From Spirochaetia bacterium (GTDB lineage: Bacteria > Spirochaetota > Spirochaetia > SZUA-6 > Bin103): 64,000 bases of DNA. This document shows positions 1 through 12,238 of this stretch, one piece after another; positions within the stretch are counted from its first letter, which is position 1; every line of letters begins with the position of its first letter. Location of the stretch: NCBI GenBank assembly GCA_965203515.1, contig OZ241907.1, positions 1,024,001-1,088,000 of the forward strand. Direction: 5' to 3'. The translations under genes were made by a program, and so were the position numbers. The notes under the pieces were generated by a model. That model did not search any database. It worked only from the letters and a program-made list of their open reading frames with translations, and had not been told where the DNA came from.

Positions 1-3
1 ACA

Positions 4-1830
4 TTGAAGAAGGCAGCCTATCCCGTGGGGACGAACGGCAGGCACAACGTGGGGCAGGAACCGGTTCCCTCCGATCGGAACCGGGCGGCGGACCGCGCGG
101 GTCCGCGTGCCGACCCCCACCTGAAGCAAGGGGAGTGCTCATCTTCTCCCGCCGCCGCGCCGGAGGACCGCCCGCTGATTCCGGCGCGCATGGTCAACGA
201 GTTCCAATACTGCCCGCGGTTGGCGTACCTGGAATGGGTCCAGGGCGAATGGGCGGATTCGGCGGACACCGTGGAGGGGCGCTACGCGCACCGGCGGGTG
301 GACCGCAACGGCGGCGCGCTGCCCGCGCCGGCGGACGTCGACCGGGAGGTCAAGCTGCATGCGCGGTCGGTCACCTTGTCATCGCCCCGGCTGGGGCTGA
401 TCGCGCGCATGGACCTGATCGAGTCGGACGGAGCCGAGGTCGTACCGGTCGACTACAAGCGCGGCAAGCGACCGCACGTCGAGCGCGGTGCGTACGAGCC
501 GGAGCGGGTGCAGCTCTGCGTGCAGTGCCTGATCCTGCGCGAACACGGCTACGCGTGCGACGAAGGCGTGCTGTACTTCGCCGCCAGCCGGGAGCGAGTG
601 CGCGTGGCGTTCGACGACGAACTGATCCGGACGACGCGGCGGGCGATCAATGGGCTGCGCGACGTGGCCGCCGCCGGCGTGCTCCCGCCGCCGCTGGATG
701 ACAGCCCGAAGTGCCCGCGCTGCTCGCTGGTCGGCATCTGCCTGCCGGACGAGATCAATCATCTCAGCCTGTTGTCCCACTCCCAAGCGGCGCCCCGGCC
801 GATCGCGGTGCCGTCCACCGATGCGCTTCCGCTCTACGTGCAGGCGCACGGAGCGAAGGTGGCCAAGTCGGGCGAGACCCTGGTCGTCAGCGTCGACGAC
901 CGCAAGGTGGCGAAGGCACGGCTCGTCGACGTGTCCCAGGTGGTCCTCATGGGAAGCGTGTACCTCACCACGCCGTGCCTGCAGGAACTGATGTGGCGAA
1001 ACATCCCCGTCACCTGGCACAGCCACGGCGGTTGGTTCTACGGGCATACGGTCGGCAACGGCCACAAGAACGTGGAACTGCGGACCGCCCAGTACCGGGC
1101 GAGCTTCGACGCCTCGACCTGCCTGCGCTTCGCCCGCGACGTGGTATGGGCCAAGATCGCGAACTGCCGCACCCTGCTGCGGCGCAACTGGAAGCGGCCC
1201 GACGACAACCGGGACGTGCTGATCGAACTGAAGGAGGACGGCCGGCAGGCGCGGCGGGCGGACTCTCTGGCCGCGCTGCTCGGCATCGAGGGGGCCGCGG
1301 CGGCGCGCTACTTCCGCGCGCTTCCTGCGCTGTTGAGCGACAGCGCGGCGGAACAGGCCGCGTTCGACTTCCACAAGCGAAATCGGCGTCCGCCGACCGA
1401 TCCGGTCAACGCGTTGCTGTCGTTCGCGTACTCGCTGCTGGTCCGCGCCTGGACCGTGACGCTCACGGCGGTCGGGTTCGACCCGTTTCGGGGACTGTAC
1501 CACCAGCCGCGTTACGGCCGGCCCGCGCTGGCGCTCGACCTGATGGAGCCGTTCCGGCCGCTGATCGCCGACTCGGTGGTGATGCAGGCGATCAACAACG
1601 GCGAGGTGCGCCCGGCGGACTTCACGACCGTGACGGGCAGCGTCGCTCTGACCCCGGACGGCCGCCGCCGCGTCATTTCGGCCTTCGAGCGCCGTCTGAG
1701 CCATGAGATCGTCCATCCGCTGTTCGGCTACCGCGTCAGCTACCGCCGGCTGATGGAAATGCAGGCGCGGCTGCTGGGTCGCTTCCTGCTGGGAGAGATA
1801 CCGGTGTATCCGAACTTCACCACCCGGTGA
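4..1830 (+). CDS. cas1: CRISPR-associated Cas4-Cas1 fusion (type I-G/I-U-like); true start uncertain
   Basis: Cas4 N-half ([25 protein letters not shown]e-S cysteines) fused to Cas1 ([33 protein letters not shown]); followed by cas2 and an array. Confidence 0.96.
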   Translation: MKKAAYPVGTNGRHNVGQEPVPSDRNRAADRAGPRADPHLKQGECSSSPAAAPEDRPLIPARMVNEFQYCPRLAYLEWVQGEWADSADTVEGRYAHRRVDRNGGALPAPADVDREVKLHARSVTLSSPRLGLIARMDLIESDGAEVVPVDYKRGKRPHVERGAYEPERVQLCVQCLILREHGYACDEGVLYFAASRERVRVAFDDELIRTTRRAINGLRDVAAAGVLPPPLDDSPKCPRCSLVGICLPDEINHLSLLSHSQAAPRPIAVPSTDALPLYVQAHGAKVAKSGETLVVSVDDRKVAKARLVDVSQVVLMGSVYLTTPCLQELMWRNIPVTWHSHGGWFYGHTVGNGHKNVELRTAQYRASFDASTCLRFARDVVWAKIANCRTLLRRNWKRPDDNRDVLIELKEDGRQARRADSLAALLGIEGAAAARYFRALPALLSDSAAEQAAFDFHKRNRRPPTDPVNALLSFAYSLLVRAWTVTLTAVGFDPFRGLYHQPRYGRPALALDLMEPFRPLIADSVVMQAINNGEVRPADFTTVTGSVALTPDGRRRVISAFERRLSHEIVHPLFGYRVSYRRLMEMQARLLGRFLLGEIPVYPNFTTR

Positions 1831-1840
1831 CGGCGGACTG

Positions 1841-2131
1841 ATGGCCGACCATTTGTACTTGGTCGCCTATGACATCGCCGATCCCCGGCGCTGGCGCATG
1901 GTGTTCAGGCTGATGAACGGATACGGGGAATGGCTTCAGCTCTCGGTGTTCCAGTGCCGGATGAATCGCACCCGTCGAGTGGAGTTGGTTGCGCGTCTCG
2001 ACGGAGTGATAGATCATGGCGAGGATCATGTGGTGCTGGTCGACCTGGGTCCCGCGGACAACGTGCAGCCGCGCGTCGTGAGCCTGGGGAAGCCGTTCCA
2101 CCCGGTGCGGCGGGAGCCGATGGTCGTATGA
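1841..2131 (+). CDS. cas2: CRISPR-associated endoribonuclease Cas2
   Basis: YLVAYDI..RRW and LQLSVF motifs, 96 aa, directly after cas1. Confidence 0.96.
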   Translation: MADHLYLVAYDIADPRRWRMVFRLMNGYGEWLQLSVFQCRMNRTRRVELVARLDGVIDHGEDHVVLVDLGPADNVQPRVVSLGKPFHPVRREPMVV

Positions 2132-2339
2132 CCGCCCGCCGGCGAGTAGCGAGCGCTTCGGTGCCGCCGGGTACCCGGGGAGCGCTCGCGGGTAGCGTAG
2201 GTCTTTGACATTCTGAACGTTATGGTATATGGTGAAGCTGTCCCGTGAGGGGGGTCCGCTCATCATGCCATCGGTCTTCCGTCCAGCTCTCGCGGCCCGA
2301 TTGTCTATTCGACGACCCGTCGAGAGTTGGACGGGGTAC
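2132..2339 (+). promoter_or_regulatory. CRISPR leader with palindrome and sigma70-like promoter
   Basis: GCGAGCGCT (2149-2157)...AGCGCTCGC (2181-2189) inverted repeat; TTGACA 2205-2210, 17 bp, TATGGT 2228-2233; lies between cas2 and repeat 1. Confidence 0.7.
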
Positions 2340-5300
2340 GTTTCCGGGGGAGAAATCCCCCGGCCTCATTGAAGCGAGTCGAAGCGCGGGCCGGACGGCG
2401 AGCCATGGCAGCCGGTTTCCGGGGGAGAAATCCCCCGGCCTCATTGAAGCATTTTCTTCGTGACCGAAGAAAAATGGAAGTCCTTTTCGTTTCCGGGGGA
2501 GAAATCCCCCGGCCTCATTGAAGCGGACCCGCAGGCGGCGCAGCGCTCCTGAGACACGAGGTGTTTCCGGGGGAGAAATCCCCCGGCCTCATTGAAGCGC
2601 CACCGCGTCGACCAGCACCTGCAGATCCTCGGGCGGAGTTTCCGGGGGAGAAATCCCCCGGCCTCATTGAAGCGCCCAGACCTGTAGCGGAGACCCGTCA
2701 GCCATGCGCACCTGTTTCCGGGGGAGAAATCCCCCGGCCTCATTGAAGCAACGTGGTCGAAGTCTGCGACTCGACCTGGCTGCGGTAAGTTTCCGGGGGA
2801 GAAATCCCCCGGCCTCATTGAAGCCAGCTCCGCAAAGGAGCCGCAGAGCTCGGGACATCGTTGTTTCCGGGGGAGAAATCCCCCGGCCTCATTGAAGCTC
2901 TCGTCGTATCGGGCCCGCCGTGCCGTCCATTTGTCGTGTTTCCGGGGGAGAAATCCCCCGGCCTCATTGAAGCGAGACTCGAGCGGGCGGACGCGCTGGC
3001 TCCCCCCCGGCGGTTTCCGGGGGAGAAATCCCCCGGCCTCATTGAAGCAAGAATCTTGTCAAGTATTGCTTTGGTGTATGACTTCGCTGCGGGTTTCCGG
3101 GGGAGAAATCCCCCGGCCTCATTGAAGCGGCAGGTGCTGCAGTCACGTCTGGTGCTCTGATCTGTTTCCGGGGGAGAAATCCCCCGGCCTCATTGAAGCG
3201 GTCGACTCCGGGTCCTCCCAGCGTGTGTCGAGATAGGTTTCCGGGGGAGAAATCCCCCGGCCTCATTGAAGCAGATTATCCGGCGTCAGCTCGTCGCGGC
3301 TGCTGCACGCGTTTCCGGGGGAGAAATCCCCCGGCCTCATTGAAGCGATGAGTGCATAGCACGATGGACGCGGACGGCCAATCGGTTTCCGGGGGAGAAA
3401 TCCCCCGGCCTCATTGAAGCGGGTACAGCGTCAACCGAGCCCAACACGTGTTGGGTAGTTTCCGGGGGAGAAATCCCCCGGCCTCATTGAAGCATTCAAC
3501 CCTCCTACCTTGAGTATACGGAATACCTGGGGTTTCCGGGGGAGAAATCCCCCGGCCTCATTGAAGCACAAGGCTCAGACCGGCCAGGACAATGCCGGCA
3601 TGGGAAGTTTCCGGGGGAGAAATCCCCCGGCCTCATTGAAGCGTGGACGGAATGGCAGACGATCGGGGCGCAGCGAAGGGGGGGCGTTTCCGGGGGAGAA
3701 ATCCCCCGGCCTCATTGAAGCACCTTCTTGGCGCCCCAGCCCTTCGCGGCCAGCTCCGGGTTTCCGGGGGAGAAATCCCCCGGCCTCATTGAAGCACGCT
3801 CCACCTCCGGCTGCCGCTGCGCCCGGTGCTCCGCGCGTTTCCGGGGGAGAAATCCCCCGGCCTCATTGAAGCGCCTCGACCATCTTGTCCTGCCAGGCGG
3901 ATACTCCAGTTTCCGGGGGAGAAATCCCCCGGCCTCATTGAAGCCTGGCGGTGGACTACCTGTTCAACCCGATCCCAGACGTTTCCGGGGGAGAAATCCC
4001 CCGGCCTCATTGAAGCGACCCGTTATTATCTGATTCCACCCACAGGCCAAGGGTGTTTCCGGGGGAGAAATCCCCCGGCCTCATTGAAGCCCAATCTTGC
4101 GTTGCGCTTGGTGGAGCGAGGTCTCATTGAGTTTCCGGGGGAGAAATCCCCCGGCCTCATTGAAGCATGACCAGTACAGGCGGACAATATCGATTCGTTC
4201 AGCTAGGTTTCCGGGGGAGAAATCCCCCGGCCTCATTGAAGCAGATGTTCGGCGGTGATGCGGCGGACGTGCTCGGTACGGCGGTTTCCGGGGGAGAAAT
4301 CCCCCGGCCTCATTGAAGCGTATTATGGCGTGCGCACCGTTGCAGCAATTGACGTCTCAGTTTCCGGGGGAGAAATCCCCCGGCCTCATTGAAGCTACCA
4401 CTGCAGATCGGTGACGGCAGCGGCCATCAGCGCGTTTCCGGGGGAGAAATCCCCCGGCCTCATTGAAGCATGTTCAGCGCGCCGTTGTCCGTGATATTCC
4501 AGAGCAGTTTCCGGGGGAGAAATCCCCCGGCCTCATTGAAGCTGGCAGATGGCCGTGTCCAGTACAGAGAAGCTGGGTTTCCGGGGGAGAAATCCCCCGG
4601 CCTCATTGAAGCATAACGTTACCAACGTTTTTTTCGTGATCGGAGTTGACTGTTTCCGGGGGAGAAATCCCCCGGCCTCATTGAAGCAGCCGGCGTAGGT
4701 CTCGCCGTCGTCAAAGGTGACGGTGTTTCCGGGGGAGAAATCCCCCGGCCTCATTGAAGCTCAAGTAGTTTGCGGTATTTCTGACAGGCTGTTCAGGTTT
4801 CCGGGGGAGAAATCCCCCGGCCTCATTGAAGCGACAAGTAGTATGGATGCCATCGAAGACGGCATATCCATGTTTCCGGGGGAGAAATCCCCCGGCCTCA
4901 TTGAAGCCTGGACGTGCTGACCGGCGACCCGGACCTGCCGCACCTGCAGTTTCCGGGGGAGAAATCCCCCGGCCTCATTGAAGCTTTTCGTGATTTTCCC
5001 GAAAAGAATTTGCATCCGGGGGTTTCCGGGGGAGAAATCCCCCGGCCTCATTGAAGCTGGCGCGTGAGCAATAATTCGGCGCAGAATTTCAAGGTTTCCG
5101 GGGGAGAAATCCCCCGGCCTCATTGAAGCACGGACGGCCGACCACAAGCCCACGCTACTAGAGTGGTATGTTTCCGGGGGAGAAATCCCCCGGCCTCATT
5201 GAAGCAGCAGCCCGAAGACGCCCTCGTCGATGTGCGACATCGCCGTTTCCGGGGGAGAAATCCCCCGGCCTCATTGAAGCGCGTAGGCGATCGTCGTCGA

Positions 5301-6440
5301 GATCGACGCGATCTTGCCTGTTTCCGGGGGAGAAATCCCCCGGCCTCATTGAAGCGCCTTGTCGCCCTTGGCCTTGTCGCCGTCCGCAGACCCCTGCAAG
5401 TTTCCGGGGGAGAAATCCCCCGGCCTCATTGAAGCGCGGCCGACCTTCCGGCCCTCCTGGAAGAGCTTGTTGAGTTTCCGGGGGAGAAATCCCCCGGCCT
5501 CATTGAAGCGCGGCGATCGGCGTGTCGTCGTCGAGCGAGGCCAAAGGGGTTTCCGGGGGAGAAATCCCCCGGCCTCATTGAAGCAGAGGAATCAACTTTA
5601 TAGACCAAAGGAGAAACAGAAGTTTCCGGGGGAGAAATCCCCCGGCCTCATTGAAGCGAGGCCAGGCGGCAGCCGTCACGAACATCAACCAAGGCGCGTT
5701 TCCGGGGGAGAAATCCCCCGGCCTCATTGAAGCTTACGCACGAAGGCTGATTTGTCAGTCGGGGAGCCGGGTTTCCGGGGGAGAAATCCCCCGGCCTCAT
5801 TGAAGCGGAGACGGTCAAGGGTAGGAGCCGCCCGTAGCCCGGTACGGTTTCCGGGGGAGAAATCCCCCGGCCTCATTGAAGCACACAAACGGTGAAAAGT
5901 GATAGGATGACAGTATGAGTTTCCGGGGGAGAAATCCCCCGGCCTCATTGAAGCAAGGCTGACGGAACGCAGGGGCACAGCTTGTTCAATGCGTTTCCGG
6001 GGGAGAAATCCCCCGGCCTCATTGAAGCCTGAATGCCTCTGCTGCACGTTGACGAAGTTTCCGAGTTTCCGGGGGAGAAATCCCCCGGCCTCATTGAAGC
6101 GTCGGCCGTCGGCCGTCCACGCCGGCGGCGTGCTGCTAGTTTCCGGGGGAGAAATCCCCCGGCCTCATTGAAGCGTCGCCGCCTGCGACGTGGAGTTGAC
6201 CGACGACGGCACGGACGTTTCCGGGGGAGAAATCCCCCGGCCTCATTGAAGCGTCAACGTGCGCGGCGGACACGAGCTCGTAGGCCTGTTTCCGGGGGAG
6301 AAATCCCCCGGCCTCATTGAAGCAACAAATACGACGAGACGAACGGAGCCCCGATCTTCGGGATCGACAGTTTCCGGGGGAGAAATCCCCCGGCCTCATT
6401 GAAGCTGCAACAACGTGGTCGTCACGGCGACTAACAATGA
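2340..6440 (+). CRISPR. CRISPR array, leader-proximal part (55 repeats by hand count)
   Basis: 36-bp repeat GTTTCCGGGGGAGAAATCCCCCGGCCTCATTGAAGC with CCGGGGGA/TCCCCCGG stem; unique spacers about 34-46 nt. Confidence 0.99.
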
Positions 6441-7472
6441 GGGGCTTCCGGGTTTCGTGTGGGTAGGGCGCCCTGACGGTGGCGGTGGCGCCGCCAGCAA
6501 GGCTACGCTGGCGCCATGCGTGACAAGGAACTGTACGGCAGGATTCTGGGCGTCGAGGCACCGTGGCGAGTGGCCGACGTCGAACTGAACCTTCAGCAGG
6601 GCGAGATCGTGGTCCACGTCGAGCACGGCGGGCCGCTCACCTGCCCGCGCTGCGGCCAAGCCGCGCGCCGCTACGACAGCAGGCAACGGCGGTGGCGCCA
6701 TCTGGACACCTGCCAGTACCGCACGGTTCTGGCCGCCGACGTACCGCGGTCTCAGTGCCGGCAGCACGGGGTCAAGCAGATCGAGGTGCCGTGGAGCGAA
6801 GGCCGCTCGCGGCTGACCGCGCTGTGCGAGGCGGTCGTGATCGACTGGCTGCAGCACGCCACGATCGCGGCGGTGGCGCAGCAGATGCGGCTCAGCTGGG
6901 ACGAGGTCGACGGAGTGATGCAGCGCGCGGTGCACCGCGGCTTACAGCGGCGCGAGGTGCAGCTGCCGCCGCGGATCGGCGTGGACGAGACGTCGTTTCA
7001 GAAGCGCCATGAGTACGTGACGGTGATCAACGATCTGGACGGGCACGTCGTGCACGTGGCCGATGGCCGCCGCAAGGAGGTGTTGGAGGAGTTCTACCAG
7101 CAGTTTGACCATGAGCAGTTGGCTGCTGTCGAGACGGTCGCCATGGACATGTGGGAGCCGTACATCATCGCGACCGCCGCCTACGTGCCGGACGCGGAGC
7201 TCAAGATCGCGTTCGACAAGTTTCACGTCGCCCGGCACCTCGGCAACGCCGTTGACCAGGTACGGCGAGCCGAGAGCCGCCGGCTGGCCGGCAGCGGTGA
7301 TGATCGGCTGAAGGGCAGCCGCTATGCGTGGCTGACCAACCCCGAGCACATGGATGCCGAGCGTTGGCGGCAGTTCGCTGACTTGCGGGACAGCGCGCTG
7401 CAGACCGCGCGCGCCTGGGGCTACAAGGAACATGCGATGACGCTGTGGAAGTACCGCTCTCGCGGGTGGGCG

Positions 7473-8792
7473 TGGAGTTGACCCGCTTTCGTGGACACAT
7501 CAAGAGTGAGGACGAGAGGAGGGAATACGATGGCGAGAACGCATCAAGCGTATCCACAGGAGTACCGCCAGCAGATGGTCGAGCTGATCCGTGCCGGCCG
7601 CACGCCGGAGGACCTGGCGCAGGAGTTTGAGCCGTCTGCCGGCTCGATCCGCAACTGGGTCGCGCAGGACGAGCGCGACGCCGGGCAGCGCAGCGACGGG
7701 CTCATCGGTGAGGAACGTCAGGAGTTGCGCCGCCTGCGCCGCGAGAACAAGCAGCTACGGATCGAGCGTGACATCTTAAAAAAGCAGCGGCTTGGTTCGC
7801 ACGGGAGAGCGACTCGATCCCGGAGCGGGATTCCGGTTCGTGAAGGCGAATCAGGCCACGTGGCCGGTGCGCACCCTCTGCCAGGTGCTGGGTCTCTCCC
7901 CCAGCGGCTACTACGCATGGGTGCGCCGCAGGCCGTCGGCGCGAGCGCGGCGGGACGCGCAGTTGATGGGGCGCATCAAGGAGGTCTGGACCGCCAACCG
8001 CGAGGTGTACGGCCGGCTGCGGATACACGCGGAGTTGCAGGCAGCCGGCGAACGGGTCAGCGCGAAGCGGGTCGGGCGACTGATGCGGCGCGCCGGGATC
8101 GCGGGGGTGAGCCGCCGGCGTACGACGCGCACGACTACGCGCGAGCAGCGAGCGGAGCGGGTAGCCCCAGACTTGGTAGAGCGGAACTTCGCGGCGACCG
8201 AGGCGGATCGGTTGTGGGTGGCCGATATCACCTATGTGACGACGTGGGCGGGATTTCTGTACGTGGCGGTGGTGCTTGATGCGTGGAGTCGGCGCGTGGT
8301 CGGCTGGTCGATGGCCGCGCACCTGCGGACCGAACTGGTCCTGGATGCGCTGAACATGGCGATCTGGCGGCGTCGGCCGCAGGGCGTGGTGCACCACAGC
8401 GACCAGGGCGCGCAGTACACGTCGATCGCCTTCGGGCAGCGGTGCCGGCAGGCCGGAGTGAGACCGTCGACCGGCTCGGTGGGCGATGCGTATGACAACG
8501 CGCTGTGCGAGAGCTTCTTTGCGACGCTGGAGTGCGAGTTACTGGATCGTCACCGGTTCGGCGGTCGGGCCGAAGCGCGCATGGCGGTATTCGAGTTCAT
8601 CGAGGGGTTCTACAACCGGCGCCGGCGCCACTCGGCACTGGGCTACCGGTCGCCGGTTGCCTTCGAGGCCGACGAAGCCGAGGCAGCAGCATGACGATCG
8701 GCTTGACGGCCAACGCCATCGCGAGGACTGTTCCTCTGCGACGGGGTTGTGCACATCAGAGGTTACCCGTCCACCAAACCGGGACAACTCCA
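7473..8792 (+). mobile_element. IS3-family insertion sequence (copy 1)
   Basis: TG...CA ends; IRs TGGAGTTGACCCGCTTTCGTGGAC / GTCCACCAAACCGGGACAACTCCA; TSD GGCG; orfA HTH from about 7530. Confidence 0.96.
7792..8694 (+). CDS. IS3 OrfB DDE transposase (normally reached by -1 frameshift)
   Basis: WVADITY, HHSDQGAQY, DNALCESFFATL, YNRRRRHSALGY. Confidence 0.93.
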   Translation: MVRTGERLDPGAGFRFVKANQATWPVRTLCQVLGLSPSGYYAWVRRRPSARARRDAQLMGRIKEVWTANREVYGRLRIHAELQAAGERVSAKRVGRLMRRAGIAGVSRRRTTRTTTREQRAERVAPDLVERNFAATEADRLWVADITYVTTWAGFLYVAVVLDAWSRRVVGWSMAAHLRTELVLDALNMAIWRRRPQGVVHHSDQGAQYTSIAFGQRCRQAGVRPSTGSVGDAYDNALCESFFATLECELLDRHRFGGRAEARMAVFEFIEGFYNRRRRHSALGYRSPVAFEADEAEAAA

Positions 8793-9096
8793 GGCGCGCA
8801 AGGCGTGGCAGGCGTGGTACCGGTCGGCGATCCGGTGTCGTCTGGAGCCGGTCAAGCGGGTAGCGCGGATGGTCAAGCGTCATCTGGAAGGGATCGTGAC
8901 GGCGGTGGTGCAGGGGGTGAGCAACGCGCGGGCGGAGTCGATCAACGCGGGGGTGCAGAGGTTGAAGTACGCAGCGCGCGGCTTTCGCAACCGGCAGAGG
9001 TTCCGCAACGCCATCTACTTTCACCTCGGCGGCCTTGACCTCTACCCTGCCGGTGTCGGCCGTGACCACCTCGTCCACACGAAAGCCTGAAGACCC

Positions 9097-11825
9097 AACA
9101 ATGATTGGGTTTCCGGGGGAGAAATCCCCCGGCCTCATTGAAGCATCTGGCGGCTCGGCTACCGCTTCACGGTCTGCACGCCGTCCAGTTTCCGGGGGAG
9201 AAATCCCCCGGCCTCATTGAAGCAGGCCGGTCCCACGATGCGGTTCAGCGTCTTGTAGAGTTTCCGGGGGAGAAATCCCCCGGCCTCATTGAAGCGACGT
9301 CGTGCAGCGGGGCGCTGACGCCGAAGTAGCTGAGCCCCGGCAGTTTCCGGGGGAGAAATCCCCCGGCCTCATTGAAGCGACCTGGCTGCGGTGACGGGCT
9401 GCCCGACCTGGAGAGGGTTTCCGGGGGAGAAATCCCCCGGCCTCATTGAAGCTGTTGCAAAGACTCGATATGCATTCGGTAGTTGCGCATGTTTCCGGGG
9501 GAGAAATCCCCCGGCCTCATTGAAGCTTTACCGCCGATCTGTGTCTTGTACTCGGCCGCGGACCGGGTTTCCGGGGGAGAAATCACCCGGCCTCATTGAA
9601 GCGAAATTCATCGACCTGACGCGAGAATTCATCCAGGACGGTTTCCGGGGGAGAAATCCCCCGGCCTCATTGAAGCCCTCCTATCGTGGTCGCATATTCC
9701 GCGGCCGAGCGGTTTCCGGGGGAGAAATCCCCCGGCCTCATTGAAGCAAGGTCATGCGGCCGTCGCCGGGACCCCATGTATCGCGTTTCCGGGGGAGAAA
9801 TCCCCCGGCCTCATTGAAGCGCACGCCGCGCGGCTCGCTGCCGTGGGACCGCGAGGCGGTTTCCGGGGGAGAAATCCCCCGGCCTCATTGAAGCACTGCT
9901 TTGCCGATGAACGACTCGTCCCACTTGGCTTTGAGTTTCCGGGGGAGAATCCCCCGGCCTCATTGAAGCCCTTCGAGCTTGACCTTCACCGTCTCCCCCT
10001 CCTTCGAGTTTCCGGGGGAGAAATCCCCCGGCCTCATTGAAGCATGGCGGGGCCGGATGCCGGCGACGGCGAGGATCAGGACGATGTTTCCGGGGGAGAA
10101 ATCCCCCGGCCTCATTGAAGCTTTGCGCAACCGCTTGACGCTCGTAAAGCGCCTACCTTGTTTCCGGGGGAGAAATCCCCCGGCCTCATTGAAGCCGCTG
10201 TCCCCGGTGGTGCGGTCGCGCCTGGTCGCCCACGTTTCCGGGGGAGAAATCCCCCGGCCTCATTGAAGCAATGGTTTGTTCAATGGTGGACGCTGGTTTC
10301 CGGGGGAGAAATCCCCCGGCCTCATTGAAGCATGCAGGCCGTCGCCGCCACGACGACGATCGACGACGTGGGTTTCCGGGGGAGAAATCCCCCGGCCTCA
10401 TTGAAGCCGGTTGCCAGCGGCAAACTGCACCGCCACCGCACGTTTCCGGGGGAGAAATCCCCCGGCCTCATTGAAGCATCACCCGGTAGTCCGCCTCGAT
10501 CTGCCGCCGCACGGCGTTTCCGGGGGAGAAATCCCCCGGCCTCATTGAAGCATGCACTCCTCGATCAGCTTGTGCGCCACCTGCAGCCGCTCGTTTCCGG
10601 GGGAGAAATCCCCCGGCCTCATTGAAGCGTCTGTGCCGAGCGGTCGGAAGACGATGATCCACGGCTGTTTCCGGGGGAGAAATCCCCCGGCCTCATTGAA
10701 GCGCCGCGCCGATCTTCGCGTCGGTGATTGCGGCCACTGCCAAGTTTCCGGGGGAGAAATCCCCCGGCCTCATTGAAGCGTCTGTGCCGAGCGGTCGGAA
10801 GACGATGATCCACGGCTGTTTCCGGGGGAGAAATCCCCCGGCCTCATTGAAGCGAGGCGGCGGCGAAGTCCACCCCCGACGCCTCCAGGCTGTTTCCGGG
10901 GGAGAAATCCCCCGGCCTCATTGAAGCATCGGGGAAGTGAGGGCCGGCAAGCGGCGGGGCGTGGTGCGTTTCCGGGGGAGAAATCCCCCGGCCTCATTGA
11001 AGCAACTCCGCCTCGGCGCCGTGAAGCGCGCCCTTGGCCTTGTCGGCGTTTCCGGGGGAGAATCCCCCGGCCTCATTGAAGCGGATCGTCCCAGGCGCCG
11101 GTCTGCCCCTCGATGCCGAAGTTTCCGGGGGAGAAATCCCCCGGCCTCATTGAAGCAGCATGGCAGCCGTGATCCTGTCTACCTTCACAGCCGCGGTTTC
11201 CGGGGGAGAAATCCCCCGGCCTCATTGAAGCGCGCCCGGCACGTGGCGCGCGCGCACCGGACAGGCGACAGTTTCCGGGGGAGAAATCCCCCGGCCTCAT
11301 TGAAGCTAGCGCCCCGGGGTCCGCCGGCGCTGGATCGACGCCCCGTTTCCGGGGGAGAAATCCCCCGGCCTCATTGAAGCGTGGTCGAGAGACTGGCGCC
11401 GGACGCCACCCGCCCCTTGTTTCCGGGGGAGAAATCCCCCGGCCTCATTGAAGCGTCGGCTGGCCGTGGACGTGAGCCGGCATCTCGCTGGAGGTTTCCG
11501 GGGGAGAAATCCCCCGGCCTCATTGAAGCGATGTCTGACCCGGCGGCGCCGCCGGACCCTCTGACCGTTTCCGGGGGAGAAATCCCCCGGCCTCATTGAA
11601 GCACTTCCGATACGCCGTCGACCGAACGCGGCCGTGGAAGTTTCCGGGGGAGAAATCCCCCGGCCTCATTGAAGCCTGTCCGATGCGGTGGCATCGGTCT
11701 TCGGCCTGGGACATGTTTCCGGGGGAGAAATCCCCCGGCCTCATTGAAGCGGTCCGAGGCTGTGCATGCTCCCGCGGCGGCCCACGTCGGTTTCCGGGGG
11801 AGAAATCCCCCGGCCTCATTGAAGC
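9097..11825 (+). CRISPR. CRISPR array, trailer part (37 repeats by hand count)
   Basis: Same 36-bp repeat resumes at 9109; last repeat 11790-11825; variant repeats at about 9567, 9935 and 11048. Confidence 0.99.
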
Positions 11826-11942
11826 TCGGCTGGCCGACGATGATCTCGGGGACGACTCAGACCTCGTGTCACTCCGCCAATGGCCGTATGCGGAGTTCTT
11901 GCCGATCGCGCTGCAGTTCGATATGCTGTTCGAGCGGGTCGG

Positions 11943-12179
11943 ATGGCTGAAGAGAACGTAGACAGCGACTACCACGGGCGCCCCTATCGCCGCCGCCGCC
12001 GCCCCACCCTCGAGGAGCTCCTGCAGCAGCCCCTGCCGCCGGAGCATTGGGACTTGATGGTGCGGCGGCCGGACGGCAGCTTGGCCGTCCACGCCCGCGG
12101 CGGCTGGTATGTCTTCGACGAGGAACAGGCGCAGCCGGACTTCGACCGCCCGATAAGTCGCCCAAAGCCCTTCAAGTAG
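11943..12179 (+). CDS. small hypothetical protein (78 aa)
   Basis: ATG start, host-like codon usage, non-repetitive sequence, followed by a strong hairpin. Confidence 0.5.
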   Translation: MAEENVDSDYHGRPYRRRRRPTLEELLQQPLPPEHWDLMVRRPDGSLAVHARGGWYVFDEEQAQPDFDRPISRPKPFK

Positions 12180-12199
12180 CGTATGAGAGCCGATGCCGT

Positions 12200-12238
12200 G
12201 TCGGGGGAGAGGACCGGCTGCCGGCTCTCCCCCCGACG
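12200..12238. terminator. GC-rich stem-loop (possible terminator or REP-like element)
   Basis: GTCGGGGGAGAG...CTCTCCCCCGAC inverted repeat 20 bp after the ORF stop; no clear U-tract. Confidence 0.45.

Larger units (their letters stand above)
6516..9090 (+). pseudogene. ISL3 transposase split by IS3 (6516-7472 + 8797-9090 rejoins to 416 aa)
   Basis: Zn-ribbon CPRCG, RRWRHLD, IGVDE, VAMDMW, FDKFHV, SNARAESIN, ARGFRN motifs. Confidence 0.93.
6441..9096 (+). mobile_element. ISL3-family insertion sequence (copy 1), interrupted by IS3, inserted in a CRISPR spacer
   Basis: Imperfect terminal IRs GGGGCTTCCGGGTTTCGTGTGG / CCACACGAAAGCCTGAAGACCC; 8-bp TSD AACAATGA (6433-6440, 9097-9104); 1332 bp once IS3 and its TSD are removed. 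Confidence 0.96.

Noticed and set aside
2773..9392. Two spacers share GACCTGGCTGCGGT (2773-2786 and 9379-9392)
   Set aside because: Only 14 nt of GC-rich sequence that diverges immediately afterwards; not enough to claim overlapping protospacers.
2340..11825. Self-targeting spacers within the window
   Set aside because: None found by eye; an exhaustive alignment was not possible, so this is untested rather than excluded.
2220..11961. Many ORFs containing FPGEKSPGLIEA / MRPGDFSPGN
   Set aside because: They are translations of the CRISPR repeat, not genes.
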